Source: Candidatus Parcubacteria bacterium (GTDB taxonomy: Bacteria; Patescibacteriota; Minisyncoccia; Phycocordibacterales; JAACPR01). From it: a stretch of DNA of 64,000 nt. Every line of letters begins with the position of its first letter. Positions within the stretch are counted from its first letter, which is position 1. The position numbers and the translations under genes were made by a program. The notes below the pieces were generated by a model. It was not told the DNA's origin. It was given only the letters and a program-made list of their open reading frames with translations, and ran no database searches. This document shows positions 39,885 to 47,704 of the stretch, piece after piece. The stretch spans positions 566 to 64,565 of the forward strand of contig JBDLUA010000001.1 in NCBI GenBank assembly GCA_039805545.1, in the 5' to 3' direction.

Positions 39885-41657
39885 CTACCCCAACACCCCC
39901 TTAATCCTCCTAACCCCCGCACTCGAACTTTCTTCTTTCAGAATTTTAAAATGTCCGAGGGTTCCTGTGTGTGTCACATGAGGACCCATACAAATCTCAG
40001 TACTAAATGCGCCAGTTGGTGAACCGATTTGATATACAGATACTTTGTCTGAGTATTTGTCAGTGAAGAGTCCGATAGCATTCATCTTCTTTGCTTCGTC
40101 ATAGGTTGTATCGTATCGAGTTACAGGCAAATCCTGTACAATAATCTCGTTTACTTTATCCTCAACTTCTTTAACTTCCTCTGGTGTAAGTGCACGAGTA
40201 AATGAGAAGTCGAATCGCATTCGCTCTGTATTGATATTACTTCCCTTTTGTTCAACAGTTGTTCCGAACATATTTCGAAGTACGGTGTGAAGAATGTGTG
40301 TTGTGGTGTGATACTTGGTTTCTATTTCTGAGTTTCCTGCAAGTCCACCCTTAAACATACCTGCTGAGGCAGTCTTGGATGCTTGTTTGTGTTGCTCGAT
40401 TTCTTTATTGATTTCGTCTTTGTTGTATGAAATCTTTTTTTCATCTAATAATTCGTATGTGAGTTCAAGTGGAAACCCGTATGTCGTATAGAGATTAAAA
40501 ATATCTTTTGAAGAAAATTCTCCGGCAATCATTTTTTCAAAATTCTTCATTCCTGACGAGAGAGTCTTTTGGAATTTTTCTATTTCTTTGATTAATTCTG
40601 TTTGAATGAAGTCCTTTGCGGATGTGAGATTGTATACTGATTCATAAATTTCAAAAATCTTTGTTGTTGCCTCTTGTACATTATCTACAGACAATCCAAG
40701 TACATCAGCAAATCGATATAATCGTCGAATCAATCTTCGAAGTACATATCCTTGTGCAGTATTAGATGGTGCAACTTGTTCACTCAGTATAAGCACCGAT
40801 GTTCGAAGGTGATCAGATACAATTCGAAGTGCTCGAACATCTTGATTCTTCGCATGTTCTTTAAGATATGTGTATACAGGAGAAAATAAATCAGTATCAA
40901 ACACACAATCAACTCCTTGTGATGCCATTACCACTCGCTCAAGTCCTCCTCCAAAGTCTACATTTTGTTGTGCGAGATTCTCTAGGCCTTGTGCTGTTTT
41001 GTTATGAAGCATAAACACCGTGTTCCCTACTTCTACAAGTTTTTGATCTGCATCTGCTTGTTCAAATTGTTCGAGTGTAAGGTCACCAAGGTCTTCGTTT
41101 GAAACATTGTAAAAGATTTCACTATCTGGACCACATGGACCAATCTCTCCTGTTGACCACCAGTTTCCAGGAAGAAAAAGAATTCTCTCCTTAGGAATTC
41201 CGAGCTCCATCCAATATGATGCAGTCTCTTCATCCTTTGGAACAAGATCATTTCCAGAAAAACATGTGATGTATGCTTTGTTAATATCAAAATTAAATCC
41301 TTTGTCGGTGAAATATAATTCGTAACTTGTTTGTACACCAGCCCGCTTGATTGCACCAAATTCTTGTGCACTCTCTGCTCCAAGATACCAGTATCCAATC
41401 ATTTCAAAAAAAGTATCGTGCGTTTTGTCTCCAATCTCATCAATATCTTGTGTTCGAATACATTTTTGAATGTTTGTGATTTTGTTTCCAAGCGGATGCT
41501 TTTCTCCTTTGATATATGGAACAAGTGGTTGTACTCCTGCAGTTGTGAAAAGTACTGATGGATCATTAGTTGGAACAAGTGATGCAGAGTCAACAAGAGC
41601 GAATCCCTTGTTTTGCATAAAAGTCTTTATATTGTCTCGTATTTGAGTGTGTTTCAT
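39885..41657 (-). CDS. alaS: Alanine--tRNA ligase (short, lacks C-Ala)
   Basis: LFTTAG.QP, QKCIRT.DI, H.TFFEM.G, DFGGGLER, HTTTH, C.GPHV, SAGVRRI. Confidence 0.97.
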   Translation of the reverse strand: MKHTQIRDNIKTFMQNKGFALVDSASLVPTNDPSVLFTTAGVQPLVPYIKGEKHPLGNKITNIQKCIRTQDIDEIGDKTHDTFFEMIGYWYLGAESAQEFGAIKRAGVQTSYELYFTDKGFNFDINKAYITCFSGNDLVPKDEETASYWMELGIPKERILFLPGNWWSTGEIGPCGPDSEIFYNVSNEDLGDLTLEQFEQADADQKLVEVGNTVFMLHNKTAQGLENLAQQNVDFGGGLERVVMASQGVDCVFDTDLFSPVYTYLKEHAKNQDVRALRIVSDHLRTSVLILSEQVAPSNTAQGYVLRRLIRRLYRFADVLGLSVDNVQEATTKIFEIYESVYNLTSAKDFIQTELIKEIEKFQKTLSSGMKNFEKMIAGEFSSKDIFNLYTTYGFPLELTYELLDEKKISYNKDEINKEIEQHKQASKTASAGMFKGGLAGNSEIETKYHTTTHILHTVLRNMFGTTVEQKGSNINTERMRFDFSFTRALTPEEVKEVEDKVNEIIVQDLPVTRYDTTYDEAKKMNAIGLFTDKYSDKVSVYQIGSPTGAFSTEICMGPHVTHTGTLGHFKILKEESSSAGVRRIKGVLG

Positions 41658-41679
41658 AAGGTCAAATGTAGCGTATTTT

Positions 41680-42525
41680 TTAAGATTTGCAAATTTCTCT
41701 AATAGTATCCATGATGACTTCTTGTTTTGATTTTCGAATCTCTATCTCATCAAGCACCTCTGGCTTTGCATTGAGATCTGCACAGGTAAGAATATCTTTT
41801 TCTACAAGCATATCTATCTCCTTTCGTGAAAGTTCTGGAACAAGTCCAATTGGATATAGTTTAAATTCTTCGATATATGAAAGAAGGTTTTTGTCTGCAG
41901 GTCTATTCCAACTCATAAGTTCGTATGCACCAGTACATGAAACATATTGATGAGCAGTATCTGTAAAGTTGGTGTTTGTAACAAGCATTCCTCGAGTGAT
42001 GTGTCGGTATTCTTCACCAATCTTTATTTTTTGCCCCTTTAAGTCATCTATTCGGGATTTTACATATAATGCAACCTTTGTATCAGATCTTAGATGTGGC
42101 TCGTTGTGGAATTTTGCTTCAATACAAATTACATCTGTATCATTATGAGCAAATACATCGACTTCATGCTCAATACAGTGTCCTTGAATAGTTACTCCTG
42201 TGTGTGTGGTATATCCAAGTGCATTAAATATTCGTGCAACAAATTTTTCAAATGGAAACCCAGAAGGTCCGAGTTCCATGATTCCCTTTTTAAGAGAATA
42301 TCTGATTGCATTTGGGTTTCTCTTTCGGTGAGAGTTAAGTTCTTTGAATGCGAGTGCATAAATTTCTCCAGTTGTAATTCCGGGTCTAATTTTTTTCTTA
42401 ATATATGCAACTGTATTTGAGATTTCTATATCAGAGGCGCCAGACTTTCGAAGTGAGCGCATTAATTTTTCTTCACTAAATGTTTCTTCTTTACCATCAC
42501 TTTTTATAACGACTACATCAGACAT
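41680..42525 (-). CDS. ATP-cone + Mrr-like restriction-endonuclease-fold protein
   Basis: VIKSDG..E.F...KL..SL cone; GFPFEKFVA, HEVDV.A, IEAK, LVTN. Confidence 0.85.
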   Translation of the reverse strand: MSDVVVIKSDGKEETFSEEKLMRSLRKSGASDIEISNTVAYIKKKIRPGITTGEIYALAFKELNSHRKRNPNAIRYSLKKGIMELGPSGFPFEKFVARIFNALGYTTHTGVTIQGHCIEHEVDVFAHNDTDVICIEAKFHNEPHLRSDTKVALYVKSRIDDLKGQKIKIGEEYRHITRGMLVTNTNFTDTAHQYVSCTGAYELMSWNRPADKNLLSYIEEFKLYPIGLVPELSRKEIDMLVEKDILTCADLNAKPEVLDEIEIRKSKQEVIMDTIREICKS

Positions 42526-42530
42526 ATGCT

Positions 42531-42986
42531 TTATCCTTTTATTTCTAATTTAAATGTATCAATATTCTCTGTGTTTGGAATTACAAATCTATTTGTTTCG
42601 TATTCCACACCATTAATCTTCACGGTTACAATGATATTATCAGGTGCTTGAAATGCTGCCTTGTATTGTTTTTGAGAAATTACTTGTGCACACATTACAT
42701 CGGCCTTAGGAGCAACTGTATCGACTTGAATTTGATATTTTGTTGGAGATAATTGATTTACAACAGTTTTAAGAGAATGACATGGAGTTGGAACATCAAC
42801 TGTTCCTGCAAAAATATATTTGGAATCTTTGTGCTGTTCCTTGAGTTCTTTCACCTCTTTAATATCTGCTTGAGTGTTTATTTCAGGAGCTTCAATTACA
42901 GGTTTTTTAAAAATTAATTCATATCCATACACAATAATAAATAATGCTGCAAGTAATGACACGATTGCAATGATTGTGTTTTTCAT
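42531..42986 (-). CDS. Membrane-anchored hypothetical protein
   Basis: N-terminal TM; PTPC and MCAQVI motifs. Confidence 0.75.
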   Translation of the reverse strand: MKNTIIAIVSLLAALFIIVYGYELIFKKPVIEAPEINTQADIKEVKELKEQHKDSKYIFAGTVDVPTPCHSLKTVVNQLSPTKYQIQVDTVAPKADVMCAQVISQKQYKAAFQAPDNIIVTVKINGVEYETNRFVIPNTENIDTFKLEIKG

Positions 42987-43028
42987 ATGGAGAATTATAG
43001 CACAAAGACCGAAGAGAATGTGAAATAG

Positions 43029-43056
43029 TTGACAGATATTTTAAATAGTGTATAAT
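43029..43056 (+). promoter_or_regulatory. Consensus sigma70 promoter
   Basis: TTGACA-16 nt-TATAAT. Confidence 0.75.
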
Positions 43057-43241
43057 GCATTCCATACATGTCCTTCCAAGACCGAGGAAGAGGGCTGACG
43101 GATGGTTAGTCCATCTGAAATACTCTTCGTGAGATTGCGTAAGCTTTTCACAAAAGAGAGCATGTGAGGCAGATGAGAGCAGTCACCGACTCTGCCAGCA
43201 GGGAGGCTTTCGCAAGGATTGGTCATCTCCCTCAAATCCCG

Positions 43242-43282
43242 CCGCGCACCAGTAGGCCACTGGTGCGCGGTATTTTCTTTTT
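43242..43282. terminator. Intrinsic terminator, probably shared with convergent mnmA
   Basis: ccgcgcaccagt-aggcc-actggtgcgcgg followed by a T-rich tract. Confidence 0.85.
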
Positions 43283-44363
43283 AATACAGAATTTTCTCCA
43301 CCACTCCACCTCCCACGCAGTGCTCACCTTGGTATAAAACCGCAGACTGTCCTTGTGCAATAAATGTAGGGAGTTCCTTATCAAATACAATTCGTGTTGA
43401 TTTATCTTCGAATACAAGTGTTCCTTTGAGGGGCTTTTGTCTATATCTAAATTGAACTTGTATATCTGTTTTATTTTCTACTAATGTATGAAAAATCGTG
43501 TCGGCAAGTTCTACTTCTTTTATAAATGGTGCTACTGAACCCACAATAAGTTTATTATTTTTAATGTCCTTATCGATTACAAACAATACTTCATCATTTG
43601 TATTCTTGTATTCTGGTGAAATAGAAAATCCATGTCTCTCACCTATTGTGTATAACTCAACTCCTTCATGAGTTCCAATCTCTGTTCCATTAAGCGTGTG
43701 CACTGTTCCTGGTTTTGTGGTGATAAGTTTTTTGAGAAAAGTTTTCATGTCAACAGGTCCGATAAAGCAAAGTCCTTGTGAATCTTTTTTTTCTGCGGTA
43801 AACAAACCATGTGCTTCGGCAATCTTTCGTACTTCACTTTTTTCTAAATGTCCTATTGGAAACAAGATGTGTTCAAATTTTTCTGTAGAAACATTCCAAA
43901 TAAAATAACTTTGATCTTTGTTTGTATCATGTCCTCGATAGAGCTGTGAGGCTTTATTTTGAGCGTAGTGCCCTGTTGCGACTGCATCGAAGCCATTTCT
44001 CATTGCAAAGTCATAGATAAAGCCAAACTTAATATGTGTATTACACATTACATCGGGATTTGGTGTTCGACCCGCTTGATATTCACTCATCATATAGTCA
44101 GCAACATGCTGTTTGTATTCAACTTCGAGATTTAAAAAATGAAATGGAATCTCGAGCTTGGCACATACTCGCATTGCGTCTTTCATTTCATCTCGCCATG
44201 TACATTCAACAAAGTCAGGTTGCCACACCTTTGCAAAGACACCTTCTACTTGATAGCTGGCTTTTTTGAGTAATATCGCAGCAACAGAAGAATCAACCCC
44301 GCCCGAGATACCGACGAGAACTTTTTTATTCTTGTGTAAAGTATTTATCTTTGTTTGCTTCAT
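43281..44363 (-). CDS. mnmA: tRNA 2-thiouridylase MnmA
   Basis: SGGVDSS, TPNPD..CN, ATGHYA, KDQSYF, DSQGLCF. Confidence 0.98.
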   Translation of the reverse strand: MKQTKINTLHKNKKVLVGISGGVDSSVAAILLKKASYQVEGVFAKVWQPDFVECTWRDEMKDAMRVCAKLEIPFHFLNLEVEYKQHVADYMMSEYQAGRTPNPDVMCNTHIKFGFIYDFAMRNGFDAVATGHYAQNKASQLYRGHDTNKDQSYFIWNVSTEKFEHILFPIGHLEKSEVRKIAEAHGLFTAEKKDSQGLCFIGPVDMKTFLKKLITTKPGTVHTLNGTEIGTHEGVELYTIGERHGFSISPEYKNTNDEVLFVIDKDIKNNKLIVGSVAPFIKEVELADTIFHTLVENKTDIQVQFRYRQKPLKGTLVFEDKSTRIVFDKELPTFIAQGQSAVLYQGEHCVGGGVVEKILY

Positions 44364-45270
44364 GTTGTTTTAAAGTTTGAGCATAATACATCTTTCCGTC
44401 ATCCCCTGTCAAAAAGTACAAGTTCTTAGTTGCTTTTGGAAAGGCTGCGGCCTTGAGTGCGGCAATACCTGGATTAGAGATTGGTGTCGGAGTTAATCCA
44501 TATCGAATATATGTGTTGTATGGAGAGTCTTCTTTGAGATCATCTGTAGAAAGTTCAAAGGTGTGCTTACCTCTTTCATATACAAAACTTGCATCAACTT
44601 GAAGGGGCATATCAATAGCGATTCGGTGCCAGAGAATGTTTGAAACTTCTTGCATCGAATCTGCGGTTGCCTCTTTTTCAATAATAGACGCCATAATTAC
44701 AATATCTTTGAGAGATTTTTTTGATGTAAGAATATCTTTTTGTTCTGCTATTTTTTCATCAAATGTAGTTCGCATCTTTGCGATCACCTCTTCTGATTTT
44801 ACATTTTCTACAAAATAATATGTATCAGGAAAAAGATACCCCTCATATGGAAGTGCTTTTTCTATAAATTCGGTAGTTGAAATATTGTAAAATTCTTTTG
44901 ATAAGATATTCGACATTTCTGTTACCGTAAGACCTTCTATAAGAGTAACTTTTTTGACCTCGATTCCGTATTCTCCTTTTGAAATTCTACGCAATACTTC
45001 AAACATATTGTTTGTATCTTTGAATATATAATCCCCCGCGACAATCTTACTGTCTAATTTAAATAGAATAACAATATTTGTAAAAAGAGCTTCAGATACA
45101 ATTACATCGTTTTCTTTTAAATTATGTGCAATAACTTTTACACTATCTCCTTTTGAGATAGTTACTATCGTTCCAGATTTAAATGTAAGTGGTGTTGATG
45201 TAAGAATAACCCACAAAAGTGCGAGTATGGATACTGTTATAAATATTTTTTGTGTAATCGGATTCGGCAT
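44326..45270 (-). CDS. mltG: Endolytic transglycosylase MltG (copy 1)
   Basis: EGYLFPDTY, ASIIEKE, MPLQVDA, SPYNTY, PISNPG. Confidence 0.95.
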   Translation of the reverse strand: MPNPITQKIFITVSILALLWVILTSTPLTFKSGTIVTISKGDSVKVIAHNLKENDVIVSEALFTNIVILFKLDSKIVAGDYIFKDTNNMFEVLRRISKGEYGIEVKKVTLIEGLTVTEMSNILSKEFYNISTTEFIEKALPYEGYLFPDTYYFVENVKSEEVIAKMRTTFDEKIAEQKDILTSKKSLKDIVIMASIIEKEATADSMQEVSNILWHRIAIDMPLQVDASFVYERGKHTFELSTDDLKEDSPYNTYIRYGLTPTPISNPGIAALKAAAFPKATKNLYFLTGDDGKMYYAQTLKQHEANKDKYFTQE

Positions 45271-46508
45271 TATATAGGTAGATTATCAGGCGGAGTTTCT
45301 TTTCGCGAATCAACTCGTGAAAGTGTAGGTGTTTGAGCAACTTTTCCTGGGAAGTGATAGATTGTGGCAAGTTCTTCTGTATTTAATACAAAATACTTTC
45401 TGCTTTCTTTTTTATAATTACTCTTCCAGAAATAATCTCTTAGTTGATATGCTTCAAGCATTTCTGCTTTCATTTTTTTGATTCTTCGTCCAAGTGGATC
45501 TTGCCATGGATAATCAAAACTTGTAATCATTAGTGGTTTAAAACTGTTTAGTTCAGGAGAATTAAACTGCTTAAGCATTCCATTCATAAGACCCAACATA
45601 TTTTCATAGGAACCCTTTTTCCCAATATTAAGCATCCGGATTCCTGTATCAAAACTAAATTTAGTAACACTTCGTTCAAGTGCTATGATTGCACGTTTTT
45701 GTGCTTCTGTTTGAACATTTTGTTTTCGCTTCCTGTCCCCTTCATCAAATTCCATGAAGGACTCTTCTTTAATCTTTTTAATTTCAGATTTTGCAGCATC
45801 TTTCCAATTATCAACTTTTTTAGAAAAACTAGGAAAGAGTTTTGTGGGATCAGGATCTTCAGGTTTGTGTGCTCGCACAATAATTTGTAAACAGATATAG
45901 TTATTTTCTTTAACGGTAGTTAAAAACTCGAGGAGTGGTGTGATAGGATCAATCTTTGAATCTTCTTCTTGATCTCCTTTTTCAAGTTGATAATCAATAT
46001 ATGTTTTTATTGGCCAAGGATCGGGCTTTGTGAGCTGAACTTCAACTGCAACCATATCATATTGTTCTTGGTTAAACTTTGCGGCATAATCTTCTGAAAC
46101 GCGTATTTCACTCCCGGGGTATTGCGCATATATTTGGGATTCAATGTATTTTTGAAGTTTCTTTTCACAATTAAGATAAAAATGTACACGTCCTTCGATA
46201 GAAACTATTTCGAGTGTAAACCATGTTCTCACCTTACCTTTTACCCACCGGTCTATCCACGTTGATTCTCCTCCTGTTTGGTATAAGGCAAGAAGAAAAA
46301 GTTCCATTGCAGCCGGAGAGCGCATATGTTCTTGTGGTGGAATAATTTCAAGTAAGACCCATTCAAGAGAGTTATAGTATTTGGCACGATTGTAATCAAT
46401 ATATACATGAAAAAGAAAATACATCAATGCAAGTGGTACTGCAATTGGAATAAGATAGACGAGAAAATCTAGAGCAACAACAAACAAATCTAAAATACTT
46501 GCAATCAT
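45270..46508 (-). CDS. Conserved CPR membrane-anchored hypothetical protein
   Basis: N-terminal TM, LEI.PP, IY.QYP, PIKTY, LNTEELATIYHFP, PP.NLP. Confidence 0.8.
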   Translation of the reverse strand: MIASILDLFVVALDFLVYLIPIAVPLALMYFLFHVYIDYNRAKYYNSLEWVLLEIIPPQEHMRSPAAMELFLLALYQTGGESTWIDRWVKGKVRTWFTLEIVSIEGRVHFYLNCEKKLQKYIESQIYAQYPGSEIRVSEDYAAKFNQEQYDMVAVEVQLTKPDPWPIKTYIDYQLEKGDQEEDSKIDPITPLLEFLTTVKENNYICLQIIVRAHKPEDPDPTKLFPSFSKKVDNWKDAAKSEIKKIKEESFMEFDEGDRKRKQNVQTEAQKRAIIALERSVTKFSFDTGIRMLNIGKKGSYENMLGLMNGMLKQFNSPELNSFKPLMITSFDYPWQDPLGRRIKKMKAEMLEAYQLRDYFWKSNYKKESRKYFVLNTEELATIYHFPGKVAQTPTLSRVDSRKETPPDNLPI

Positions 46509-46555
46509 TGCATTTATTTTATCATAAAAAATAAAATTGAAAGTAAGTTATACAA

Positions 46556-47584
46556 TTAGATAGCTGTATATTTTCCGAGCTTGTCTTTTTTGAAATACTT
46601 TTGATTTTGGAGATTCACCAAAATAGTATTTTCTTTCACATATCGTTCTTTGAGAACCTTTGAGATGATTTCTTCTTTTGTAAGAGGTCCATGTTTATCA
46701 ATAATGTTTTTGATAACATCTCGAACAACTCCAGAAGCATATCCCCAGTCTGTAAGTGCATACAGACCTCGTCCTACAAGTACAAATCTAGGATCTTTAA
46801 TCAATTCATTGTGACATGTTGCAACATGAGCTTTTTTATCAAACATTTTGTTGATTTGTTGTGCAACTTCTCTAAAGTGAATTGGAGAACCATGTCGTCT
46901 AATTACAAGAAAGGCATAGTCTCGAATACCTTTCACATTAATATTTGGAGATTCGGCTCGTCCCCATTCACCAAGTGGGTTTCGTCCAATTCGTTTTGAC
47001 ATATTAAGCCATCGTCGAACAATTTCTTCTTTTTGATATTGAGGTGCAACATCTTCAAGATATTTAAGAAGAGATGCAGTTATCTCTGAATCAGAAATAA
47101 GAGCGTCTTTTGTAAGTTCTTTGTATAGATTTCGGATTGCAGCTTCGATTTTTTCTGCAACTTGTCCATCTACATACCATCGATGCTTGAAGTAGTCATC
47201 TTCTTTTGATTTTTTAAATTCATTTCCCAAAACAAGGAGGAAGTGGATATGGTTTCGAATACTTTCGTTTTTTGAGATATGATCAAGTAATTCTGTCTCT
47301 GAAATAATTGTTCCAAGCTCTATAAGTACGTTATGAAGCTCAGTGAACACTTCTTGAGTCTTTTTAAATTCTTCTGACTTTCGAATTGAAGCAAGTGCAT
47401 TCTCTTCAATTTGTCGAACTCGTTCTCGTGTGATTCCATATTCTTTACCAATTGCCTCAAGTGTAAGGTGATCAGCAGACACACCAATACCGTATCGTTT
47501 TGTGATAACGTCTTGAGATCGTTGTGGCAAAATCTTAACCAATTTCTTGGTTATTTGTTTTGGTTGAAATGATAATTTAATCAT
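46556..47584 (-). CDS. Sigma-70 region-4 HTH + HARE-HTH (delta-like) protein
   Basis: TLEAIG..YGITRERVRQIE; HNELI.D.RFVLVGRGLYAL..WG. Confidence 0.85.
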   Translation of the reverse strand: MIKLSFQPKQITKKLVKILPQRSQDVITKRYGIGVSADHLTLEAIGKEYGITRERVRQIEENALASIRKSEEFKKTQEVFTELHNVLIELGTIISETELLDHISKNESIRNHIHFLLVLGNEFKKSKEDDYFKHRWYVDGQVAEKIEAAIRNLYKELTKDALISDSEITASLLKYLEDVAPQYQKEEIVRRWLNMSKRIGRNPLGEWGRAESPNINVKGIRDYAFLVIRRHGSPIHFREVAQQINKMFDKKAHVATCHNELIKDPRFVLVGRGLYALTDWGYASGVVRDVIKNIIDKHGPLTKEEIISKVLKERYVKENTILVNLQNQKYFKKDKLGKYTAI

Positions 47585-47704
47585 GTGTAATTAATAATTA
47601 TTAGCGTATTTTGTTAAAATACACGAATGTCATACACTCCAAACTATCATATTTTTACAATATGTCAAATGGTATAATGAAGGCTCTGAATAAGGCTACT
47701 TTTG

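Noticed and set aside
39885-41657. alaS as a truncated pseudogene
   Set aside because: Catalytic and editing motifs are intact; short AlaRS without C-Ala is usual in reduced genomes such as CPR.
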